NCBI GenBank assembly: GCA_965198365.1 | Contig: OZ240617.1 | Coordinates: forward strand, 835,938 to 899,937 | Reading direction: 5' to 3' | Length of the DNA: 64,000 nucleotides | Source of the DNA: Candidatus Aldehydirespiratoraceae bacterium | Lineage (GTDB): Bacteria > Actinomycetota > Acidimicrobiia > Acidimicrobiales > Aldehydirespiratoraceae | Shown here: in pieces, positions 56,146-63,964 of the stretch | Position numbering within the stretch: position 1 is the stretch's first letter | Layout: each line of letters begins with the position of its first letter | Program-made: the position numbers and the translations under genes | Notes under the pieces: generated by a model | What the model was told of the DNA's origin: nothing | Database searches by the model: none | What the model saw: the letters and a program-made list of their open reading frames with translations, nothing else

Positions 56146-56949
56146 ATGAACGATTACCCCATCAGAGTCGGTTCCATGTTGTTCACGATGGTCGACCCCG
56201 AGAAGGGCTACGAAGTCGAATACAACCGCTGGTATGAACGCGACCATTTCTACGCGGGTTGCATGATCGGCCCGAAGCTCTTTGCGGGCAAGCGTTGGGT
56301 CGCCACCAAAGAACTGAAGGACTTGCGCTTCCCTCGTGGCGATACGCCGGTTGCCAGTCCAGTTGAGGCGGGTTCCTATCTGGCGATCTATTACGTTCTC
56401 GAAGGAGGCCACGAAGAACACTTCGCTTGGGGGGCGGATCAGGTGGTGTGGCTCTACCAGAACAACCGGGGTTTCCAGAATCGGGTTCATGCACACACCG
56501 TGCTATTGGAAAGCCCCGGCTACCACTACCGCGACGCCGACCCTGTCCCGATTGAGTTGGCTTTCGACCACCCGTACAAAGGACTCGGGGTGGTGGCGGT
56601 CGATCCGGCAGACGGAGTGAGCGAGGAGCAGTTGGTGGCGCATCTACAAGATCGGGCGCTACCGGCGCTGATGAAAGATTCGCCGATCGCCAGCATGGTT
56701 TCGTGGCACTACCAAGACTCGGGCAGCGGCGACACGGACCGTGCGCCGATGGATTTGGGGATGCCACCCGGGCCCACCGATCGTCAGTTGCAGTGCTTCT
56801 TCCTCGAGGATGAACCGACCGCGGTTTGGGATCGATTCCGTACCTACGCCGACGATCTTGCGGCGAGCGGACTGGGCGAAGTCGTCTTCGCCGCGCCGTT
56901 TCTGCCGACGATCGTGGGGACAGACACATACACCGATCAACTCTGGTAA
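56146..56949 (+). CDS. conserved hypothetical protein (function unknown)
   Basis: A 267-aa ORF with a good SD (GGGAGCAGGG before the ATG). No family recognised. Confidence 0.5.
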   Translation: MNDYPIRVGSMLFTMVDPEKGYEVEYNRWYERDHFYAGCMIGPKLFAGKRWVATKELKDLRFPRGDTPVASPVEAGSYLAIYYVLEGGHEEHFAWGADQVVWLYQNNRGFQNRVHAHTVLLESPGYHYRDADPVPIELAFDHPYKGLGVVAVDPADGVSEEQLVAHLQDRALPALMKDSPIASMVSWHYQDSGSGDTDRAPMDLGMPPGPTDRQLQCFFLEDEPTAVWDRFRTYADDLAASGLGEVVFAAPFLPTIVGTDTYTDQLW

Positions 56950-56961
56950 GGGAGCCACACA

Positions 56962-57753
56962 ATGATTCTTCAAAACTCGACAGTAATGGTGGTGGGGGTT
57001 GGGCCGGGACTCGGCAGATCGTGTGCCGCGGCGGCCCTGCGTGATGGTGCCAACGTGATCGCGGTCGCTCGCAACCTGGAACGCCTCACGGCTACGGCCG
57101 CCGAACTCGACCCCTCAGGTAAACGAGTTCTCGTTGCTGGGGCCGACATGATGGATCAGGCTTCACTTGAAGCCGCGGTGAGCGCAGGGGTGGAACGCTT
57201 CGGCACCCTCGATGCGGTAATCAACGTTGCTGCAATGGACGCGACGGTTGGGACCTTTGCCGACCTTGACGATGACGAGTTGCGGAAGGTACTTGATATC
57301 AACGCGCTGGGCACGGTCAATGTGGTCCGCTCGGTCACGCCGACGTTCACTGCCAATGTGCACGGCGGCTCGGTTGTGCTGATTGGTTCCCAAGCCTCAC
57401 TCAAACCGGTGGCAGCGATCCCGCAATTCGCTTATTCGGCCGCCAAGTCTGCGTTGCTCGCTATGGCTCGGAATATGGCCTCGGAACTAGGACCCCAGGG
57501 CATCCGCGTGAACACCGTCGTACCCACCTGGATGTGGGGGCCCAACGTGAAGATGTTTTGTGAGTGGCAAGCAGCTGAACGAGGTATCACTGCAGAAGAG
57601 GTACGCGACGAAATCGCTCAGGGCATGGCCTTGCGGATCATGCCGACTGACGCCGATGTGGCCGAAGCGGCGGTGTTCTTCGTTTCAGACCGTTCACGGA
57701 TGATCACCGGCCAACGCCTGCTGGTGAACGCCGGAGAATTCTTCGACACATAG
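56962..57753 (+). CDS. SDR-family oxidoreductase
   Basis: VVGVGPGLGRS, NVAA and YSAAK catalytic motifs. Confidence 0.85.
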   Translation: MILQNSTVMVVGVGPGLGRSCAAAALRDGANVIAVARNLERLTATAAELDPSGKRVLVAGADMMDQASLEAAVSAGVERFGTLDAVINVAAMDATVGTFADLDDDELRKVLDINALGTVNVVRSVTPTFTANVHGGSVVLIGSQASLKPVAAIPQFAYSAAKSALLAMARNMASELGPQGIRVNTVVPTWMWGPNVKMFCEWQAAERGITAEEVRDEIAQGMALRIMPTDADVAEAAVFFVSDRSRMITGQRLLVNAGEFFDT

Positions 57754-57780
57754 ACCCCCAACAACTTCGGCGAGTTGCAC

Positions 57781-57960
57781 TATGTGACGATTGTTGCAAC
57801 GCGAGTGAAGTATTTCGAGATTTGTCTGTGAAATAATTGGCTTAGTTTCATTATGTTTCATGTATATACAGTGGAGTTTTCCCCAGTTCTTTACTTTTTT
57901 GTTGCGGTTTCTTTGCTTAAGTGTTGAATCCGGTTTGAGTTTTGCACTATTGTTACATGT
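57781..57960. other. strongly AT-rich non-coding island (about 30% GC over 57821-57900 by hand count) in a high-GC context
   Basis: No credible ORF. T-rich on the plus strand. Contains GTTTCAT x2, TTGTTGC x2 and a TTGAAT-N18-TATTGT promoter-like pair at 57924-57953. Confidence 0.7.
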
Positions 57961-57998
57961 GGGTTAGAGGTCATCTGGGCGCAGGGCCGGATGCTTCA

Positions 57999-58082
57999 GA
58001 CTCGGGAACTTCATTCCCGTCCCCCTCCAGGGAAAAACAGGGTCCGGTTGGCGAATTCGCTAGCCGGACCCGAGTCCCTTTT
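57999..58082 (+). promoter_or_regulatory. GC-rich structured 5' leader of the amidohydrolase gene with mutually exclusive helices
   Basis: Hairpin CGGGAA-N5-TTCCCG (58003-58019). A 32-nt palindrome GGGTCCGGTTGGCGAATTCGCTAGCCGGACCC (58040-58071) is followed 7 nt later by TTTT. A competing long-range pairing GACTCGGG (57999-58006) / CCCGAGTC (58069-58076) is also possible. Confidence 0.35.
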
Positions 58083-58138
58083 GGCGTGATTTCTGCTGGA
58101 ATGGCGTTGGCAGCCGCGGTAGTGCGATTCTTGTAGTC

Positions 58139-59308
58139 GTGAGCACCACAGATCTCTTCGAACGCTTCGATGTCATTGATGTCGATACCCATGTAACCGA
58201 ACCACCCGACGTGTGGACGGCGCGAACCCCGGCCTCTATGCACGACAAGGTCCCCCATGTGGAACGCATCGACGGACAGGACGTATGGATGTGCGACGGC
58301 AACCGTCTGGGGCAGCCCGGTTTCTATTCGATGGCAGGCTTTGACGGTCTCATGCCCTTGAAGGTTCCCAACACCTTCGACGAGATCCATCCGTCGATGT
58401 ACGACAGTGGTGAACGACTCAAGTTCATGGACGATCAAGGCATACGTGCCCAGGTGCTCTACCCCAATATCGGCGGTTTCGGCAACGCCTATTTCATGAA
58501 GATGGGCGAACCGGAAGTGGTCAAGGAATGCGTCCGGGCCTTCAACGACTGGGTTTCTGACTGGACCAGCGCGGACCGTAATCGCCTCGTCGGCGTTACC
58601 GCCGTGCCGTTCTGGGACATTGATTTCGCGGTAGCGGAGATCACCCGCTGTGTGGAGGCAGGACACCGAGCCATCAACTTCTGCAATCAACCCCAGGACC
58701 ATGGAATGCCCCCGCTGGGCTCGAAACATTGGGACCCGATTTGGTCGGTGGCCCAAGAGGCGGGAGTGTCGGTTAGCTTTCATGTCGGCGGCGGATCAAT
58801 GGGCACGCAGATGCAAGACACCGCCGACATGGGCTGGATGACCAACTTTGCCAAGGTGTCGGCGTTGATCTTTCTCGACAACATGCGTTGCATCGCAGAC
58901 CTGATCTTCGGTGGTGTGTGCCACCGCTTTCCAGAACTGACGCTTGTCTCAGTGGAGAGCGGCACCGGTTGGATCCCCGGAGCGCTCGAATCGTTTGATT
59001 GGCAGTGGCGAAACGGGGGAGTGACAGTGGAGCATCCCGAGTACGACCTGTTGCCGAGCGAGTACTTCAAGCGGCAGATCTACGGTTGCTTCTGGTTTGA
59101 GCAGGCGTCGGCAAGATTCGCGATCGAGCTCTACCCGGACAACATTCTCTATGAGACCGACTACCCGCACCCGACCTGTCAGTTCCCGGGGCCGGCCACA
59201 CCGGCGCAGTACCCGCGGGACTACGCCACAGGCGCTTTGTCTTCGCTCGACGATGCCACGCTGCAGAAGATCCTCCACGACAACGCCGCCCGGATCTACG
59301 GCCTGTAG
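58139..59308 (+). CDS. amidohydrolase-2 (ACMSD/LigW-like metal-dependent hydrolase/decarboxylase) family
   Basis: VIDVDTHVTEP N-terminus, FHVGGG, ETDYPHP. Confidence 0.8.
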   Translation: MSTTDLFERFDVIDVDTHVTEPPDVWTARTPASMHDKVPHVERIDGQDVWMCDGNRLGQPGFYSMAGFDGLMPLKVPNTFDEIHPSMYDSGERLKFMDDQGIRAQVLYPNIGGFGNAYFMKMGEPEVVKECVRAFNDWVSDWTSADRNRLVGVTAVPFWDIDFAVAEITRCVEAGHRAINFCNQPQDHGMPPLGSKHWDPIWSVAQEAGVSVSFHVGGGSMGTQMQDTADMGWMTNFAKVSALIFLDNMRCIADLIFGGVCHRFPELTLVSVESGTGWIPGALESFDWQWRNGGVTVEHPEYDLLPSEYFKRQIYGCFWFEQASARFAIELYPDNILYETDYPHPTCQFPGPATPAQYPRDYATGALSSLDDATLQKILHDNAARIYGL

Positions 59309-59359
59309 CTCCGGGCCGTCAACTTTTGCCGGTTCGTGCGGCGTGCATAGAGTGACCTC

Positions 59360-60538
59360 ATGGCTGCACTCGACTTCAAGGCGTTCGACGCCGACAACCA
59401 CTACTACGAGGCGGAGGACGCCTTCATCCGCCACGTCGACCCCAAGATGCACAAGCGCTGCATGCAGTGGGCCGAGATCAACGGGCGCAAGCGACTTCTC
59501 GTCGGAGGCAAGGTCAACCGGTTCATCCCGAACCCGACCTTCGACCCCGTAGCCCGCCCCGGCTGCCTCGACGACTACTTCCGAGGCAAGGTGGCCAGAG
59601 ACGACATCGTTTCTGCTTTCGGCGAACTTGTGCCGATCCCCGACGAGTACCGTGACCGCGACAAGCGAATATCAGTGATGGACCGACAGAATCTCGAGGC
59701 GTGCTTCCTGTTCCCGACCCTCGGCGTGGGGATGGAGTCTTCGCTCGACCACGACACCGAAGCCGTGCTGACAGCCTTCGCAGCGTTCAACAAATGGATT
59801 CACGAAGACTGGGGATTCTCCTACAAGAATCGCATCTTCGCGGCTGGATACATCACGCTTGCCGACGTCGATTGGGCTCTCGACCAACTCGACTGGATGA
59901 TCGAACAAGATGTGCGTGTGGTCAACCTGCGCCCCTCGTCGGTGCCAGACGGCAGGGGAGGACGCCGCTCGCTCGGCGACCCGGCCCATGACCCGTTCTG
60001 GAAGAAGATGAACCAGCACGGCATCACCCTGGCCATGCACTCCGGCGACGCCGGATACGAGTTCCTGAGCGACTACTGGGGGATGACCACCGAGTTCGAG
60101 TCGTTCCGTCAGAACGCATTCAAGTCGCTGCTCACCTACTCGCCAATCAGCGATGCTCTGGCTTCGCTGATCGGAGAGGGCGTGTTGAGCGAGCACAACA
60201 ACATCCGGGTTGCCACCATCGAGACCGGTTCGGAATGGGTCCAGCCGTTGTTCAAGAAGTTCGACAAGACCTACCGGCAGCAGAAGCACATGTTCGCCGA
60301 GGATCCGATCGAAGTGTTCTGCCGACAGGTCTGGGTGTCGCCGTATTACGAAGACGATCTGGCGGACCTGCGCAGCAAGATCGGCGCCGATCACATGCTG
60401 TTCGGTTCGGACTGGCCCCACGCCGAGGGCCTCCCCGAACCCACCGACTTCGTTCACGATCTGGAAGGTTTCGACTCCTCAGAGATCCGCAAGATCATGC
60501 GCGACAACGGCTTGGCGCTGACCCGACGGGCTGTTTGA
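59360..60538 (+). CDS. amidohydrolase-2 family protein
   Basis: FDADNHYYE N-terminus, AMHSGDAG, FGSDWPHAEG. Confidence 0.8.
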   Translation: MAALDFKAFDADNHYYEAEDAFIRHVDPKMHKRCMQWAEINGRKRLLVGGKVNRFIPNPTFDPVARPGCLDDYFRGKVARDDIVSAFGELVPIPDEYRDRDKRISVMDRQNLEACFLFPTLGVGMESSLDHDTEAVLTAFAAFNKWIHEDWGFSYKNRIFAAGYITLADVDWALDQLDWMIEQDVRVVNLRPSSVPDGRGGRRSLGDPAHDPFWKKMNQHGITLAMHSGDAGYEFLSDYWGMTTEFESFRQNAFKSLLTYSPISDALASLIGEGVLSEHNNIRVATIETGSEWVQPLFKKFDKTYRQQKHMFAEDPIEVFCRQVWVSPYYEDDLADLRSKIGADHMLFGSDWPHAEGLPEPTDFVHDLEGFDSSEIRKIMRDNGLALTRRAV

Positions 60539-60566
60539 GGTTGACGGTTGGGGGACCTTGGGCCGC

Positions 60567-61799
60567 TCAGCGGCCGCCTCCACGGATTCGCAACAGGCCG
60601 AAGGTGCGGATAGGAACGGTCTGTCTCTTGGTGCGGTCGCTGAAGCCGACCGCGAATCCGAGCGTGCTCAGCACCAGGATCGCGACCGCGACCCAGAAGA
60701 AGGTCCATTCGGGGCCGTAATTCTCGAAGAGTCTGGGGGCCACCAGCGCGCTCACCCCTGCGGCCAGCTGCCCTGTTGCGGCTGCGAGCCCCTGCCCGGT
60801 CGCCCGTTCGCCGTGTTTGGTGGACGTTGCCATCAGCGTTTGGGCCGACGGCATCCCCAGGCCGTTGGCGGCGCCCTCGATCATGGCCAGGCTCATCAAC
60901 AGCAGCGGCACGGTTAGATGTCCGTAGACCACGGTGAGTGGGATGATCGCTACCAGCGCACCCATTGCGATCCGCATCGGTCCGTGGCGGTCTGCGAGCC
61001 GCCCTCCGATGGGTGCGGCGATCATGAACGGCAACCCGTACAGCACCAGGCTGACCCCGATGAATTCGGTTGACGCGCCCAGGTCATGCAGGAAGATCGC
61101 CCAGATCGCCTCGTACATTCCGGCCGGCATTATCAGTGCCGCGCTCAAGATCGCGGCAGCCAGTGCTTCTCGACGCCGACTGATTCTCGCCATTGTGCGA
61201 AGCATGTCGGCGGTGTTCCGCAACGCTCCCAGACCAGGGTCGTCAGGGACGACTTCGTCCACATGTGTCGTGGCGATCGGACCGACCAGCAGTGCCAGAG
61301 CAGCGGCGAGGCAATAGAACGGAGCATCGAGACCCCAGGCTGCAACGAGACCGGCCCCTATACCGGGGCCGACGATGAAACCTGCAGTCTGGATCCCGGC
61401 GAGTCGACCGAGGTGCTCCCCGGCGCGTTCGGGATCTGCTGCGGTGAACAGGGCCTGCGCCGCAGGCAGGAAGGCGCCGAAGGCAAGTCCGGCAAGCGTC
61501 CGTGCAGAGACGAACTGCCAGGCTTCCGACGCCACCGCGAAGATCAGCGATGCGACCACTCCGCTGAGCACCGACAACACCATGACCCGGCGGGCGTAGC
61601 CGCGGTCCGCGAAGGGTGCGATCAGAATCTGGGAAGCGACCGCGGCGAAGAAGGACACTCCGGCGATCCAACCGAGCGCGTCTCCGCTCAGACCGTGCGC
61701 ATCGCGCAGTTCATGGAAGAGTGCAAAGACCATCCCGATCGAGGCCGCGAGTGTGAACAAGCCCACAGGAATAATGAGACTCACTCGTGTGTTCGTCAC
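60567..61799 (-). CDS. MFS transporter
   Basis: About 12 TM segments and a PFADRGYARRV-like loop 2-3 motif. Confidence 0.8.
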   Translation of the reverse strand: MTNTRVSLIIPVGLFTLAASIGMVFALFHELRDAHGLSGDALGWIAGVSFFAAVASQILIAPFADRGYARRVMVLSVLSGVVASLIFAVASEAWQFVSARTLAGLAFGAFLPAAQALFTAADPERAGEHLGRLAGIQTAGFIVGPGIGAGLVAAWGLDAPFYCLAAALALLVGPIATTHVDEVVPDDPGLGALRNTADMLRTMARISRRREALAAAILSAALIMPAGMYEAIWAIFLHDLGASTEFIGVSLVLYGLPFMIAAPIGGRLADRHGPMRIAMGALVAIIPLTVVYGHLTVPLLLMSLAMIEGAANGLGMPSAQTLMATSTKHGERATGQGLAAATGQLAAGVSALVAPRLFENYGPEWTFFWVAVAILVLSTLGFAVGFSDRTKRQTVPIRTFGLLRIRGGGR

Positions 61800-61957
61800 A
61801 GTCCTCGACCTCAGTAGCGCGGCAGAATCGGCTCCGCCTCGAGTCAGACCTCAAGCCCGCCAACACTACCCCCCACTTCGCGACACAGGTCAGATTTTGT
61901 CAGCCCGGGTCAGCAGTCTCCGGTTGCATTCAAAGGGGAAATCGGCGGCGCAGCCCA

Positions 61958-62000
61958 TACTCGGGTTTTCCGAGCAATATGTACTCGGGTTTTCCGAGTA
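61958..62000. repeat. 24-bp tandem pair of palindromes TACTCGG-GTTTT-CCGAG(C/T)A
   Basis: Copies at 61958-61976 and 61982-62000. The second is a perfect 19-bp inverted repeat. Confidence 0.85.
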
Positions 62001-62114
62001 CAGAATCCCGGCGGTGGGGAGGATCTTTTCTAGGGGGCTGGACTTCCGACACAGCAGCAAATTCTGACACCAAATTTTGACTATAGCCATAGAATTATGA
62101 CTATAATTTCTGAG

Positions 62115-62429
62115 ATGGACACTGAATCGAACAAAAGGGCACGCCCCCGGCCTGACGAGCGGGTTTTGGCGGCAGGCGAATTCAAGACGCACTGTCTGCG
62201 CCTGATGGACGAGGTGCACGAGACTGGCACCGAGATCATCGTGACGAAGCATCGCCGCCCGGTGGTACGAGTCAGCCCAGTACGAATGGAACGGCCCAGA
62301 CTCGTTGGATCGTGCGTTGACCAGCTTCAGATACTGGCAGACATCGACAGCGAACCCGCCGTACCAGTAGAGGACTGGGACGTCATCGAACGCCCTGACG
62401 AGCTGCTCAACCCAGAGCGATACCAGTGA
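62115..62429 (+). CDS. Phd/YefM-family antitoxin
   Basis: AGEFKTHCLRLMDEVHETGTEIIVTKHRRPVVRVSP. ATG 62115 lies 7 nt after TATAAT (62102-62107); ATG 62097 is the alternative start. Confidence 0.7.
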   Translation: MDTESNKRARPRPDERVLAAGEFKTHCLRLMDEVHETGTEIIVTKHRRPVVRVSPVRMERPRLVGSCVDQLQILADIDSEPAVPVEDWDVIERPDELLNPERYQ

Positions 62430-62845
62430 GCATGCTCCTGGACACCAATGTCCTGCTGCGATTGGTAACCGACAGCCCACACATCGGTGAGTCGTTCAAA
62501 CAAGCTGTCGAGACCGGGCTGGACAACGGTGATGTCGCCGTCTCAGCCGTGACATTCATGGAGACGACCCGGCTGCATCATCACAGACGGATCGATCTCG
62601 GATGCCACCCGGCAACCTGGCGTGTTGAACGCCTGATGTCCGGACTGCTGGAGATACCCATTGACGGTGAACTTGCTGTTGAGTCCGTCCTCTTGATGAA
62701 TTCGGGGTTTCATCGCGACCCCGCGGACCAACTGATCGTCGCGACAGCAATGCGAACCGGAATGGAACTCGCGACTTTCGACGCTGCAATCCAAGACTGG
62801 GCATCACGCACACGCCTGATCGCGCTCCGAGACCCCACAAGGTGA
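62426..62845 (+). CDS. vapC: VapC-type PIN-domain toxin
   Basis: LLDTNVLL, DPADQLIVATAMRTGMELATFD. GTGA overlap with the antitoxin stop. Confidence 0.8.
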   Translation: MSMLLDTNVLLRLVTDSPHIGESFKQAVETGLDNGDVAVSAVTFMETTRLHHHRRIDLGCHPATWRVERLMSGLLEIPIDGELAVESVLLMNSGFHRDPADQLIVATAMRTGMELATFDAAIQDWASRTRLIALRDPTR

Positions 62846-62867
62846 CTCACGCAGAGCCCCTGTCCTC

Positions 62868-62919
62868 TGTGGCGTTCAACGGACGGAGGCGATGTCGATT
62901 CAACGAGCCAAGGCACTGC
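62868..62919 (+). repeat. dispersed ~50-nt direct repeat, copy 1 (just 3' of vapC)
   Basis: Aligns with 63776-63827, with about 84% identity over the 44-nt core (hand alignment). Confidence 0.7.
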
Positions 62920-63212
62920 TGTAGATGCCACGCGCCAGCAATTTTCCGTCCCGCTAATCGACATTTTGCCTACAAGCTAATCGACAGTTTTCCCTCTAGT
63001 GAGTTTTCTGACCCGGCAATGCGTGGCTGTGATCACGGCCGGCGGTTATGGATTCGAGTTGCCCGATGGCATCGCGGTCACCCCGTCACTGCTCCGGGTT
63101 CGTGACGCACAAGAGCGACGTGTCCCGGATTTCGTACCGAGACCTCACCGCATAGCCCGTCGACACTATTGCCGTGGAGACTCACTGACTGCTGAAGCGG
63201 TGCAGTTGGACC

Positions 63213-63515
63213 TTACGGGAGAATTTCATGTCCGCCGATCCGCAACCACACGATATGGAGCTTGCCATCGACGATGGGATGGCCCATAGAGAATGTCGCT
63301 CGTCCGTCAGGAGCCCATGACATCTCGTAGACGTCGACGACACCGGACAGCTTCTTGACGCGCAACCCGGCGCGAAACCATGAGCGTCCTCCGGACTCCA
63401 TTTGCCCCAGATCGTCGATGAATTCCTGCAACCGAAGCCGGAAACGGTCAGCCTGTTGAGAGGTCAGGCCACGTTGATCGCGCAGGAACGCTGTCGTCTC
63501 GGAGTGTGTCGGCAT
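63213..63515 (-). CDS. RelE/ParE-superfamily toxin-like protein (tentative)
   Basis: LRVKKLSGVVDVYEMSWAPDGRATF...KLHIVWLRIGGHEIL fits the RelE/ParE beta-sheet pattern. Lies 9 nt downstream of a small ORF. Confidence 0.5.
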   Translation of the reverse strand: MPTHSETTAFLRDQRGLTSQQADRFRLRLQEFIDDLGQMESGGRSWFRAGLRVKKLSGVVDVYEMSWAPDGRATFSMGHPIVDGKLHIVWLRIGGHEILP

Positions 63516-63524
63516 CAGCGGCGC

Positions 63525-63734
63525 TCAGGCCGTTGAGGTTTCGTTGTTTCTCGCTTCGAGCGCGGCGAGGAATTCTTCGTCGCTGTAATAGGTGTTCGCG
63601 ATCTCCATTGAATCCGAACTCGGTCCCTTGCCCGTGCTGGCCTTGAGATCCTCAATCGTTAGCGGCTCGGCAGGTGATTTCCCCCGCGTTGCTCTGGTCG
63701 ATTCAGGTCGGAACCTAGAACTTGCCGTGGTCAT
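63525..63734 (-). CDS. small acidic-tailed protein, putative antitoxin of the downstream ParE-like gene
   Basis: Called on position and size only. The ORF is open to 63764. Confidence 0.35.
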   Translation of the reverse strand: MTTASSRFRPESTRATRGKSPAEPLTIEDLKASTGKGPSSDSMEIANTYYSDEEFLAALEARNNETSTA

Positions 63735-63775
63735 CGCTTGTCCTCTCAGAGCAACCTGTACCAAACCCTATCCGA

Positions 63776-63827
63776 TGCGGCGCTCGACGGACAGAGGCGA
63801 TGTCGATCGACCGAGCCAAGGCGCTGA
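63776..63827 (+). repeat. dispersed ~50-nt direct repeat, copy 2
   Basis: See 62868-62919. Confidence 0.7.
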
Positions 63828-63964
63828 AAATTGCTGGCTAGGTGCTCGTCGGCCACGACCGGCGCGAGACTTGCTGCCCCACTCAGTTTTTTGGCACTTG
63901 GAACGGCGATAAATCAGCACTTGATTCGTCAGTTTCTTGCGGAGTTTGCCAACGAATGACTGAC

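Noticed and set aside
57942-58136. 64-aa ORF in the leader upstream of the amidohydrolase gene.
   Set aside because: It starts in the AT-rich island with no SD, the translation is low-complexity, and the region is better explained by RNA/DNA secondary structure.
62846-63838. Integron-like gene cassettes with attC sites around the TA modules.
   Set aside because: No integrase gene is present, the repeats do not form the imperfect attC hairpin with R''/R' core sites that I could identify, and the cassettes have mixed orientation. They are kept only as generic dispersed repeats.
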